From positions 3,517,037 through 3,581,036 of the forward strand of contig MU058463.1 in NCBI GenBank assembly GCA_013265495.1: 64,000 nucleotides of DNA, read 5' to 3'. This stretch comes from Vicugna vicugna (Eukaryota). A program made the position numbers and the translations under genes. The notes under the pieces were generated by a model. The model was not told where the DNA came from. It saw only the letters and a program-made list of their open reading frames with translations, and made no database searches. Shown here in pieces: positions 40,066-52,325 of this stretch (its first letter is position 1; each line of letters starts with the position of its first letter).

Positions 40066-40660
40066 TGCGGGGAGCCGCTCGTGACGGAGGGCTGCCGAGC
40101 ACAAAACTTGGGCGTAAAACCCCAAAGTGCAGGGCGCCAGGCTCTGAGATTGAGGCTGCCGAGCACAAAGGTTGGGCCTAAACTCCCACAGTGCGGGGCG
40201 CCCGGCTCAAAGGTCAATTGAGTTAGAACAATCTCTGTCCCGCCACCTCTTTTACTAAAGAATGCACCAGGTGCGCTAATGCCTGAGGAAACATCTTTGA
40301 GCTATTAAGTCACAAAAGACCTTCGGAGGGAGAGATACAATTGGCACACAAATCAGTGATCCTTTTAGAGAACAATCACCTGAGTTGAATGTATCACCTG
40401 AGTTGAATGTATACGAGTCACGAGGTTAGGCTTTATTGCCTACGTGCAGGAATGTATGAGCTAATGGGTTAAAATCATATAAAAGAACCACCTGAAATAA
40501 ACTCGTCGTCCACTCTTGACCTAGCGTCTTGCGGGCTAGAGTGAGACCCTCTCAGCCCCACCTTTTAGTCTTGTCTTGCTGTCTCTTTGTTACGTCTTTC
40601 CTTTTCTCAGTCCTGCAGCACAGGTTTCTGGACCTGATCGATTGTCGGCTGGCTCCGACA
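40066..40660 (+). mobile_element. Solo LTR of a class II (betaretrovirus/ERVK-like) endogenous retrovirus
   Basis: TG...CA ends with imperfect inverted termini TGCGGGGAGCC / GGCTCCGACA. Perfect 6-bp TSD TTAAAT (40060-40065, 40661-40666). TATAAAA at 40478-40484, AATAAA at 40496-40501, then a T-rich U5. U3 direct repeats and abundant CpG. Confidence 0.92.
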
Positions 40661-42509
40661 TTAAATAACTGAAGAGGAGAAGCAGAGGAGGCAGGAACAA
40701 AAGAAAGCAGGGAAAACAAGAAGCGTTATTATCAGAGGGCTTACTTCTGATCTTGCAACAAGTAAACAGGCAAAAAAATGGGGTCCACAGAATTTTAGGG
40801 CCCTTTTCATTTCAATATCTGACCATAATTGCCATGTCAAAACCACTCTCTCCATAGTAAAGAGCACTGTCTAAATCAAAGTACACATTCCAATTGCAGC
40901 TTTACAGATTGGCACAGGATCATAATTCCTTTTGGATGTCAACAAAATTGAGATTGTGGTGGGAAACTTGCGACCAAGGCTAAGGGGGGAGGTGGGAAAG
41001 GGGGCCCCATTCCTCTCTGCCCTGCAACACTTTCCAGGGTCTCTTCCAGTGCCCTGCTTTCTCCTTTTCCTTGCTTCTCCTTCCACTGGAAGGTGGATAG
41101 AAGGGAGCTATTGCCATCACCTCTGGAAGCCTGTCACTCACTCCAAAGATGATTTATATACTGCTAAGGAAATGGTCAGAAGGAACTTTTGGTCCCTGTA
41201 AGACAAAGACAACCCACTTTTGCTGGACCTGCAAGTGTACACAGCTGAACTTACAGAGCTGCCTGTTTTGGTTAGGCAGGATTTGATACTGTAAACTTCC
41301 AGACGGTAGAATTATCCTGGCTTCAGCTTTTAAACACAGATAAGTGTACTCTTTCATAGTGAGTCTCAATCTTTTGATGGTAATAATCACTCTGAGTGAT
41401 TTGGTTAAATTAGAATAATAATGCTATCCAAGGAAGTATTACTCATGTCAGGAGAGACAGAATTGATCAAAAGATTCTAAAAGGAGGAATCTGGTTGAGC
41501 AGGTGAGACTGCCAGTCCAGACAGGCAAAGTTTAAGATATACAGCCAGTTACCATAAGAGGAAGAAAGGTAAGTCCACACAAGACACCTGAAATGAGTCC
41601 TATGGAAACAAAGGACTACAATGATCTGGGCTAACACACTCAATCAGGATTTCCAACTAAAGGGATTTGGATTAAATAAATACATTTATCTGTAACTCCC
41701 ACTAAGCTCTAAAATTTAGCATGAAGGATAGAAAAGATAGCAATTAATCAGAACAAAAAGAATTATCAATGAGATGATAGGAAACAATATATGTCAATAA
41801 CACTTTAGAAGATGGAAATTCCAAGGATTAGTTACCACTGATTTAATAGATCCAGAAAGGAGTCCTGTCTGAAATCAATTCCCACTTCAGACCCCAGCCA
41901 ATGAGGATGGGTTGTGAGAGGGGGCTGATACATCAGGACTCATTCGAGCCTTTATAAGGAACAGACTTCCACATCCACCCTCTGACTGTTACAGCTAGGT
42001 GGACCAGTCCCTCCCACACAGACATGAGACAGGAGACTTATTCCCTGGTGAAGCTGGATCAGAAAGGCTCTGCTGGGAGAGGGGGTGGGGAGGCCAAGGG
42101 TGAAGCACCTCACTGAAAACAAGGGATTGTAATACATTTTGCACATTGAATATTTTAATGTTCTGTCACGTAAGTGGACAAAAGCTTCCAGATCTGGGCT
42201 TTATTTGTTAGAAGGATTCTGTTTTACTTTAACCAATAAACTAGATTTAGAATATAAATTAAAATTCTTATTTTTCCAAGTGAAAAAGTTGATTCTACTT
42301 GACAATTTAAGAAAGTGGTATAAGTAGATTAGTTAGAATGATGGCAGCAATAATTTATAAAGACCAGTAGATATAAAGTATCATATGGGTAGAGGGCTCT
42401 GTCTCCCTGGGGATCTTATAATGAAGCAATCACCTCATTTTTCTTAGTCAATAATAATATACAAGAGAGAGAAAACAAAATGCAACAACCAAAACTCTTT
42501 AGCAAGCAA

Positions 42510-42775
42510 CTTTTTTTTAATAAACGATTATGGAGAATTTCAAACACATACAAAAGTAGAGAGAATAGTGTGATAAACCCATTATCCACATTGAACAGCT
42601 ATGAACTTGAGCAATTATTAATTTATGGCCTATTGTGTTTCATGTTTATTCCCATCCTGTCCTGGCTCTTCCTTCTTTCCCCTGTTATTTTGAAGCAAAT
42701 CCCACACATCTTGTCATTTCATCCACAAGGTGTTCAGAATGTATCTCTAAAAAATAAGTATTTTAAAACTTTATA
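42510..42775 (-). mobile_element. L1MC-type 3' end fragment
   Basis: 'aatttcaaacacatacaaaagtagagagaatagtg...tattttgaagcaaatccc...tgtatctctaaaa'. Confidence 0.7.
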
Positions 42776-43079
42776 GATGTAGAACTAGCATACAGATGTG
42801 CACATTTATCAAAGATCATATTTATTGGTTGAGTTTCCTATACTCAGTTCTTTTAAACTAAAAAATAAGTAGAAAGTATATCTTAGAGTCAGGACATAAT
42901 GGAGTTGGGAAGACATTTAGAGATATCGTCTAAATGCCCATAATTAGCAGGTGCAATATCTCAAGGCCAAGGTGTTTGAGTGACTTCCTAAAGGCAAGGT
43001 GCTGATTGGAGGTGAATTCTAACTTAGTACCCAAGTCTATCTGGAATCAGTGTGCATAAGAGAAATATACGTGTATGAC

Positions 43080-43725
43080 TGTATGGATTGCAGTGTTTAG
43101 TAAGATCTGCTACTTACTATGGTGACTTGGTGTTGTGTGAGATCAGCTAAGGAAGAAACATGTTTCCCTGAAGGATCTGAGTTAGAATTGGCCAAAAGAG
43201 AAAATAATTTGAGATTCGGAAGGTGGAAAGGAAGCAGTAGCCATGTTTACGCTGGGAAGACTGATAGAGTGTCAAGCACTATTGTGGCTGAATTGTGCAC
43301 ATTGTCGCAGATCCGCTGGGTCACCCTGGTGGCAGGAGGCCGTATCCTGGCCTCAGTTCTTCCGGCTCCTCCCTCTTCTCCCTCTTCAGCTTCTCCATGG
43401 CAAAGTGTATCAGCTCTTTTGCAGTCACCCCCACCACCAAAGTAGGAAACTTGGAAGCAGTGACCACCGTGAGTTCCAGTGAGAGACCAACACAAGTTCC
43501 AGCTCATCTTTGTGGGTTTCACTTTGTCCTTGACCTCCCACACTTCATGCCCTTCTTCCCTCCGACTTCTCCCCACTGACCTAGGCCCAGCAGTAGCCAC
43601 AGGGGCAGCATATTTACATAATGGCTTAATAAGTTCCCATGATTGTATAAAGTCAAATCTCTATAATAAATCTTTTTCATTACTCAGGGAGTTTCTGCTT
43701 CTCTGATCAAACCCTTGCTGATACA
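43080..43725 (+). mobile_element. Old ERVL-class solo LTR (subfamily uncertain)
   Basis: Ends with AATAAA followed by 'ttctgcttctctgatcaaacccttgctgataca', an MLT2/ERVL-style terminus. The 5' boundary is approximate. Confidence 0.6.
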
Positions 43726-44269
43726 CCTGCGTGAAATCGATTAAAAATGTATGGTTTAAACACATTTGAAAAATTGCTGTTGGCTACCATTTGGTATGGA
43801 GTCTCTTTTAAGATAGCACATTTCCGAAAATCAATAACGCGGGATGTCTCTGTAATGCACATATAATCTTCACTGACATAATATTTTAAACTTTTCATAG
43901 CCTGCTCAATTTGCATTATTTAATTGATGAATGTGTGAGAATATGTAGGCATTTAGCATATTCTCAAGTTTGCGGGGTTGGGGGGAGCTTCTTGTTAATA
44001 ATCATGGGCAAGCTTTATGGTATGGAAGTTAGACGACCTACTTTGTTAGCACTTTAATAGAGCTGTTCAGCCGAGTTTCCTATTGTCTACAGAGATGAGG
44101 AAGATCTTGACTCTCAAGTCAGTGTAGGGGTTTTCTAGGTGGTGTATGTAGGTATAGGTATAACTATGGGGTCTGGCTGAGAGGATGTGCATGAGGATCC
44201 CATGAAAACTAAATACTTCTGGAAGAGGATAAGTGATGCAAGAAATAGTGAAGAAAACTACTTCATTAC

Positions 44270-44880
44270 CTCATTTGTTCATTCAACTCTTTGTCCACAA
44301 ATATTTATTGAGAGCATATGACTATTCTCTGAATATAAAGCAGTCACCCAGACAAGGGAAGTTCTGTGCACATGGAGCTTATTCTTGCTGAATGTGGACA
44401 CGAATGAATACATGAATGAATGATAAATAAACAGGCAAACAAAATGCCATAAACAAGACAAATAACGTGAATCCAAAGAGTGATAAGCGCTATGAAGACA
44501 GTAAAATAGGAAAACGGGGGAAGAAAATGAGTGAGCCTTGGGGGTGGCAGTTTTGCTAGGGTGGTCAGGGAAGACTTCCCTGAGGAGGTGACATTTGTGC
44601 TATGACATGGGTGATGAGATTGAGGCAGCCACACAAAGATCTTGGGGAAGAACATTCCAGGCAGAGGGCTCAGCAACCGCAGAGGCCCTGGGGTGAAAAC
44701 GGGCGTGGGAGGCGGATGCGGCTAAGTCAGGGGGGCAGCGATGGTAGTGGAGAGGCTGGCACGGACCAGACTGTGCAAGGCCTCTGAGCCCTGGGGAACC
44801 ACGAGAGATTCACCAGGAAAGAAATCTAATCTGATTTATGTGTTGAAGCATCTGTCTGGCTAGAAGGATATGAGTAGAAG
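44270..44880 (-). mobile_element. L2a 3' region
   Basis: 'tcattcaac...aaatatttattgagagca' and 'gggtggtcagggaagacttccctgaggaggtgacatttg...ggggaagaacattccaggcagaggg'. Confidence 0.9.
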
Positions 44881-46366
44881 GAGGTCAGACCAGGAATAAA
44901 ATCAGCTGTCTTTTTGAAGGGATTCTCCGTGATGCGGTGAATCTTTACAAAAATTTTGAAGGACCAGATCCCAAAGGAGAGTTAGCCTTCCCTCCAGGCT
45001 GTCCAAACAAAAAGCAAGGTAACAATCTTCAAGCATCCTTAGCAACTAGCTCGGGGCTGCTGGGTCAGCCCACTGCCGTGTCACATCGTGTAGCAGTTAG
45101 CGATCAATGTTGAGTTTCGCTGAGCTGACTGGGCAGTGTACATGGACTATCTTTATTTGGGGACAGGGAACACTGACAAGAGCTTGTGAGGCCTAGAGCC
45201 GCATTGCAAGGCCATGATCTCCACGGAGTGTAGGAGGCACTGGTAGAGGAAATTATTAACCTCCAATCACTGCTTGGTGGGAGGGTTCAGACCTCCTACC
45301 AACTCTTCTGACCTGGAAGGGGTTGAAAACGCTGTCAGGAACTCTACATGAAGAACTGTGCTTATAGGCAAAATGCTTAATCACTTGAGAAAAATCTTAG
45401 TCATGACAGATTTATCTCATAAATGGTTTTGTTCTGTTACCCTATTTATTTCACGTATTTGAAGCTCGAATTTTACTGCTTAGGAAAACTACAGACAAAA
45501 CCCTTATGTTCTCACTCACAAAGCATGCTCGGGTCTCAAAATGGACTGTCAGAGAAAGGCAACCAGCATGGATGTGCATGCAGTGTGCCAGATGAGGCTG
45601 GAAATGGCCAGCAGTCCAAAGCACGGTGCCTGAGTACAAGTTGAGGCTACTTTAACTGCTAAGAGATCTGAGCTTGTGAGTTAAGTGGGATGCTGGTTCA
45701 GATACCCATGTAGTAGATGCAGCATCCTGGAGTATTTGAGTGAGGAAGGGGGAAAACCATTTTTGCAGGGATAAGGGCAGGTAGGCATTAAAACGTAGTT
45801 GCAACTCTAACTTTGTAGCTTGTGGTTGGGGCTTTACCAATGAGATAACAGAGAGCAAATCTGTGCAGCTGGCAGGCCAAATCCTAGAATTACTCCAGAA
45901 GTAACCTGCTGGTATGGTTGAGGCCAAACTGGATGAACGAAGCACAAAGCAGGACGGAGCTGACAGCTGTATTTCTGCAGTCCTGCAGCTGAGTAAGATG
46001 AGAGGTGGTACGCCGGGGAGTCATGTCGCAAGCAGGTAGATCAGTGCTGGCTTTGACACAAAGCATCCTTGTTTTTGTTCATTATTGTACATTTCCCTTT
46101 AGTTTTTCTGTGCTAACACTTCTGCCTGCTCATCGTAACCTATTTTGCACAGAACAGATGCATAAGGTGCAGGATTTTAGGTAATGAGATATCAAGTACT
46201 AACTAAAAAGTTGACTGATGATCACTGAGAGAAGACATTAGGTTTTGTCTACTTAAATTAGGCTCTACTTCGCTTCCAGGCAGAACAGTGATTTAATGTC
46301 AGTTTATATTTGAGGTCAGAGTTTTGCTCCAGAACACGTTGTCTAATTCTGCTTCACGGTGTAAGT

Positions 46367-46568
46367 CTGGGGGTGGCTAACTTGTTCTGTAAAAGGCCAC
46401 CTGGGAAAGATTTTAGGCTTTGTGGGCTGTATGATCTCTGTTTAACCACTTGACTCAGCTACAGACAACGTGTAAACAAGTGAGCGTGGCTGTGGTCCAT
46501 TCAGACTTCATTTACAAAATCAGGTGATGGGTTGGATTTGGTCCACAGGCTGTAGTTTCCAACCCCTG
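46367..46568. mobile_element. MER58A-like hAT-Charlie element
   Basis: Termini CTGGGGGTGGCTAAC ... GTTTCCAACCCCTG. Internal 'ttctgtaaaaggcca...ttttaggctttgtgggc...gagcgtggctgtg'. Confidence 0.85.
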
Positions 46569-46939
46569 GTCTATATCATCATTCACCAAACATTTCTGAT
46601 CACACATCTGATGTATATACACAAATGCACAGACATACACATACACACACGTATATACACATACATTTAATATACATGTATAAATAATTTACATAATATA
46701 ATATTTATATTATAACATGTATGCAAAGTAGTAATTTTTAAAAGTCGAGATGCAAATATAAATAAAAGTCCTAATGTTTTCTTCCCATACTCTGGCTTGA
46801 TCAGCCTGGGGGATACAGACTGAACCTGAAAGTCCCCTGTGTAAGAACCAAGAACGCACATGAGTGACTGAATGGGTGTGTTGTGTTTGTGCCCACGGAT
46901 GCCTTCATCTGCATTACCACCCACTTCGTGGGCCAAACA

Positions 46940-47160
46940 GTGAAGAGTAGGATAAACGTGGCTTTGGAGGCAAGCACAGACCTCAGTTTAAATCCCACCT
47001 CTCCCATTTACTGGACATGACCTTGGGGAAGTAAATCTCTCTAAGCTTGGTTTTCTCCTCTAAAAAATTCACGTAATTATATGCAATTACATGTTTGACA
47101 AGTGGATTTAAAGTTTACTTTCAAAGTTCAATGAAATGCCTAGAACATAGTGAGAATTCA
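46940..47160 (+). mobile_element. MIR SINE
   Basis: 'ggctttggaggcaagcacagacctcagtttaaatcccacctctcccatttact...tgaccttggggaagt'. Confidence 0.75.
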
Positions 47161-48674
47161 AAGTCGGTATCTTTCTCTTGCTTTTAAGTCTAGCTGACAT
47201 GTCACACTGTAGCCATGAGAAACAGTAGCATTTTCCCATCTTCCTCCTCCAAATGGTCCCTCTTCTTCCTTCCCATCGTGGCCCAACCTGCTACCTGACT
47301 CCACCCCTCAGAGTGGACAGCGTGCAGCAGTGCTTCCTCTAGGAGGGCTCTGGGATTCCACTCTTAACTTCTGCCTCTGTAGCCCCTCCTCTGGCCCCAT
47401 AGAGATCATTCCCTGCATCATAATTTGCTACATACCATCAGCCAAGAGATTGACTGATGGCTTTAATTTCTCTGCACTCTTTAGAATCATTTTTCCTGGT
47501 GAGGTAGCTGGATCTAGACTAGAACCCACACGCACTTAACCACTACTCACCAGCCTAAAGAAGCTATCAAACTTTCATTATAATATCCAGGGTTTTTTTC
47601 TTAATCCCTTGGAAACAGTCAAACCATTTGCTGTGTATCAGAAGATCATTATCAGAAATTAGGATGTTAATGTCAGGGAGATATCTCTGCAGAGTATCAG
47701 ACACACGCTGTGCTGGTCCTCTCTGGCTGTCTGCTTCGATAGCTAACCTGGTTATAAATAACCTGTGATATAGATAATCGACTCTGATGGGCTGTGCTAA
47801 ACCTGTATCTTTGTCAGTCTCTTGCCTAGACAGAGTGGTGAACTTGGACCCAGTGAGCACAGACGTCTCATTTTCCTGAATCACCTTGATGTAACTCTTA
47901 CTCCATCTTTCACACAGAATATTTTCAAAACAGTAGTTTATAGATAGAAACCGTGAAAACCCTCAGAAAGTGTATGGCAGAGACTCAGAAAAAATATGCT
48001 AAGGCTCTGTCACAGTCAGAGATACTGAATGCAAGTCTCTTTCAATAAAATCCAGCAGAGAAACACACTGTCATTGTTCTTGATGTTTATCGGTCCAGTA
48101 ATGAGATGAGCCAAATGCAATCCAGACCAACCTATCTCAGCAGGACTTCCCAGATCATCTTGCTTAGAACAAAGCCCTCTGCTTCCATATTGAACAGGAC
48201 AAGCCCGTGGTGATAGGCAGAGTGGCGCTGGTAACGCGATCTGAATCAAATTCCCAGGACCCCAGTGAGGGGACATGAGGGAATCTGTGTGAACCTACTT
48301 TGAGCTTTTCCAAAGGACAACCAAAAGTTTTGTTATTGATATTTTTAGCTGCCTTTGTGTTCCTAACTTTCAGCACTTGGCTGGATATGCTGGGTTGGTA
48401 CAGGGAGATCAAAGACTACCCTTCCTTTCAAAGAGTCCTTATTTGGGAAATAAAAACCTCCTGGCTGCTGAAGACTTGGCAATGGTTTGAATTTCTGCTC
48501 CCTCTTGTAGCCCCTCCTTTTCCCCAATGATTTCACAGAGGTACAGCATCGATTAGGCACAGTTTAACGAAATGGGGTTTCTACCTGAAGAGGCTGAGAA
48601 CTGATAAACTGAGTCTTTTACCAGTAATTCGTATCTGAGGCTTAAGTTTTAGACCCTTACATTCATATGTCTCC

Positions 48675-49270
48675 TTAATTTTATTTTTGTATTTCAAAAC
48701 CACCAAAAAAGAACAAAAGATAACACAATAGACATCTGTGTATCTATCATGAAAATTAAATAAATTTTAACATTTTGGCTTTAGAATTTTATTTTTAAAA
48801 ATATGATATCTGTAGTTTTAACTCTAGTCCCCATCTCCTATCTCCTTCCCCTCTTCGCCCCTGGAAAAGCAGCATCCTAAATTTGGGGCTTATCCTTCCT
48901 TGTAAGTTTTTTCAAGTTTTGTTATAAATATATATAAATTATACAATCTATCACTTTGTTTTAATATAACCATTTACATAAAGGCTATCATTTTGCACAT
49001 ATCCTTTGCCACCTGTTTTCTTCATTCAAAATTAGGTTTTCATTATGTGTCAGTTATATCTCAATATACCTGAAAAGATAGTATGTTTTCAAGATTTGTC
49101 CATATTATTCCATATACTGTAGTCCATTCAGTTTAACCACCATACAGTCTTGCACTGTGTCCCAGAGTTTTTTTTTAACCCATATTCCTGCTGGTATTCA
49201 TCTCGATTTTTTCCTATTTTTCATTATTATAAAAAATACCTCAGTGAGTGTTTTTATACTTGGATCTTTT
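48675..49270 (-). mobile_element. Degraded L1ME-type 3' fragments
   Basis: T-rich, with phrases such as 'tatgttttcaagatttgtccatatt...gtagtccattca'. Confidence 0.55.
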
Positions 49271-51174
49271 TTATACATCGTATGTATGCCTTACTTTTTA
49301 GAAAGTTATTTAACAGTCTCCTCCTTTTAGGTACAGTTATGAAAAACAAAATAAAAAAGGAATTTAAGGGTGGAATACTCAACTCCCCCCTCATCCTAAT
49401 GTTTACATATGCATCTGTAAACCAGCAACCTTCTGTGCTTTCCCAAACACTTATTCTGAATTGAGAAAAAGCTCAGTTTGTTTACGGCAACTGAAGTGTC
49501 ATCTGTGATAGCAGCAAAGCGACTTTGCGTTCGTTTACTGACTTTCCCAGGGTTGTTATTTTCAAAGAGCTTCCTGGTCCGTGACCAAAGGGAGAAGATC
49601 TGCATTCAGAGAAACTCTCTAGTTTTCAGAATATGGCTCATTTCTGAGTCTTATAGTAATAAGAGAGTGTTTTCCAAGATATCCTCAAACTGTGGTTTAA
49701 AATGGTTGATTCTGAAATTCCCTAATATGGAAATATACACCATTCTGTGTTCTTCACATGCGGGTCCTGAACAGCCCTCCTTCAAACAGACCTATTTCCA
49801 TTTCAAGCACTGAAACGATAGTCTTACTGCCCAGACCCTCAGGGCTCCAGCAACCCTGGGAAAGAGGGAAAGATGAGCTCAGTGTGGCTGGGGTGTTCCC
49901 GGAAACCAGTCCCAGAACCACTGGGTGGGACGAGTGTCGGCATGGCCTTTTTATGTGCTGGGACCTGGGAAAGTGTACATGAAGGGAGAGATATGATGCT
50001 GAAGAATTACAGTTTTTTGTTCTGCAGGGATTTGGAGTTTTACATGAGATTTTTAAAAGAAAAAGAAAAGGAGCATGCTGCGTTTTGGAGTAAAACCCAA
50101 ACCAGGAATGCATACACAGCTCTGCCAAGGTCTAGTCAGGGGGCTTTCCTCCTCCTCTCCTCCATGAGGCTCCTCCCCTCCACGTTCCACTCCAGGTCCA
50201 GGTCTGCACACAGCGCAGAGCGTGATGCCCTGCAGTGCTGCCCCACTCAGTGGCTCCTCCCCCGAGCCCCAAGCAGCCAGCACGCTTCCCGTGCTGCCTG
50301 GTGGTGGTGATGACCTAGAAAAAACACCGCCGAGCTGAAGCCTGCTTGCCTGTCCCTCCCGGAACCAAAGCTTTCAGCTGCACATGAAACCTACACCTCA
50401 CCCCAAACCTCTTCAGACTCTGGAGGTGTCCATAGTCAGCCTAATTTCCCATCCCCCACAGCTCCTTGACTTCATCTGACCCCACACTGGACACTTGTTC
50501 CATCCAAACACTCTAACCCCCCGGACCCCGCCTTGCTGGCCCTTTCTACCTTGTGTGTCAACAACGTGCCTGTCAAGTGCCTTGTCTATCAACTCAAGGT
50601 CAACAAGAGCACGGGCAGTTATTTTTGGCTTCGTTCATACAAAAAGTTCTGTTATGCACCTACTAGGTGCCTGGCACCATGACACATCTAGGAAGAGGGC
50701 ACAGTCTTGGTCTTGAGGGAGAGACCAGCCAGCCCACAGGCACCTCCAGTGCGGGAGGACGAGGGGCTCTGAGATACACCGGGCACAGGCCACGCTTCCC
50801 AGAAGTGGTTTCAGGGGAGCCCTGAAGCAGAGCCTGGAGACAAGGAAAGGGCTGTAGGGACGTGAATTTGAGCAGAGCAGCAACAAAGACAGAGGCTCAA
50901 AGGGAAAGAGAAAGCAGGTCAAGTGCAGAAACTCTCCAAGGGACACACTGGTAAGAAGAAAAGATACAAAATCCACAGAGGTAGCTGTACTCAGTGTACT
51001 TTCGGCTCTTCAAAAATGTAGAAACGCGGCCAGGTTAGCCCAACCCCTCCCAAAACAGAATCAGCTGAAATGAATGAGCACTAAGGGTCAGGGTCTTCAC
51101 CTGTGACAACGCAGGCCTAAGTGAAACAAAAGGCAGGGAATTCGTTCCATAGCTAACTAGAATGTCGGGGCCCT

Positions 51175-51515
51175 CCTGACTGAGTCACAGGGCAATGACA
51201 AATCAGACCACAATCTTAAGGTGAGATCGCAGCGGGTCCAGAGAAGTGAGAAGAAGGGATTCAAAATAGCACTTTTCCTTCTATACTCATCATGAGGTTT
51301 AAGCCTAAAAGGCCTCACAGTCTAAGACCATTTGGTTAGATGTGCTGACTCATCTCCAGGCAGGACACCCCTCTCACACTAGTTAGAGTGATAACAGTCC
51401 ACAAAAGTGAACCACATGAGCCAGTGGTCAGCACAGGTAGCAAGAGAGCAGGTGGAGGAGAAGGTCAGCTTGGGAACCAAGAGAGGGACTTTACAATGAA
51501 TCTGAGTCAGCATCA
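51175..51515. promoter_or_regulatory. Candidate AP-1/NF-E2(MARE/ARE)/RUNX enhancer
   Basis: TGAGTCA 51181-51187, TGCTGACTCAT 51343-51353, TGAGTCAGCA 51503-51512, and ACCACA at 51207 and 51411. Confidence 0.45.
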
Positions 51516-51859
51516 AATGTTTACGACTCCATTTCCTCAGGGCCCATGGTAATTGGGCCTTACAAGGACGACCTGTGCAGGAACAAAGGCCAGAGATGGG
51601 CAGAGAGGATAAAAAAGAAAAAGCAGGGAAAAGAAAATGGAGTAAGAGAAAGACAAGAAGAATTCAATTGATTCTTTTGGATCAGACCAAAAAAAAAAAA
51701 ATGAAATCGAAGCTGTTTTTGTTTTGACAGGACTGATTCTCAATTGCCAAGCATAAACCACTTTTTGCTTACACTAGTACACTATAAATAATTCACTTCA
51801 CAGAATTCCTATTCACTAGAAAATAGCGCATTTAAGCCTAAAATATATCTAGAGCAGAT

Positions 51860-52325
51860 GCTGCCCTCCCGTGGACTGCACTGGTATTGCTAATTGTCTT
51901 ATAATAATTTTAAGAGATTATCCAGGTAGGCCAAACCTAATCAAGTTAGCCCTTAAAAGAACCTGGGCCTCTCCTGAAAGGCTGCTTTGAGGCATCAGGA
52001 GGAAGCCACACCACCAGGTAAAACCTTTAGGAGCTGAGACACAAGGCCAAGCTGGCAGCCAGCAGGACAGGGTGCGCATTTCTATAGCTGCAAGGAAGTG
52101 GATTCAGCCAACAGCAGGGAGAAGCATGGAGGAAAATCCCGAGCTCCAGAAAGCAAAGCAGTTCATTCGACACCTTGATTTAGCCTTGAGAAACCCTGAG
52201 CAGAGAACCCAGTTCAACTGAACCCAGACTTCCGACCTATACAAACTGTGAGTTAATAATCTTGTATTGTTCTGAGCCACTAAGTTTATGACACTTTGTG
52301 ATATAGTAACAGAAAAATGCTGCAG
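51860..52325 (+). mobile_element. MLT1D/E-like MaLR LTR
   Basis: 'agattatccaggtaggcc...ctaatca', 'gacaccttgatttagccttgagaaaccctgagcagagaaccca...aactgtgag...gagccactaagttt'. Confidence 0.85.

Noticed and set aside
40090..40410. Spaced direct repeats as a possible CRISPR-like array
   Set aside because: Only two copies of each repeat, inside an LTR in mammalian DNA, with no cas genes.
47567..47884. 105-aa minus-strand ORF with protein-like composition
   Set aside because: GTG start, no family recognised and no convincing splice sites. A BLASTP search would be needed to rescue it.
49873..50310. Longest ORF in the track (145 aa) and overlapping ORFs
   Set aside because: Non-ATG start, low-information composition, and explained by locally higher GC.
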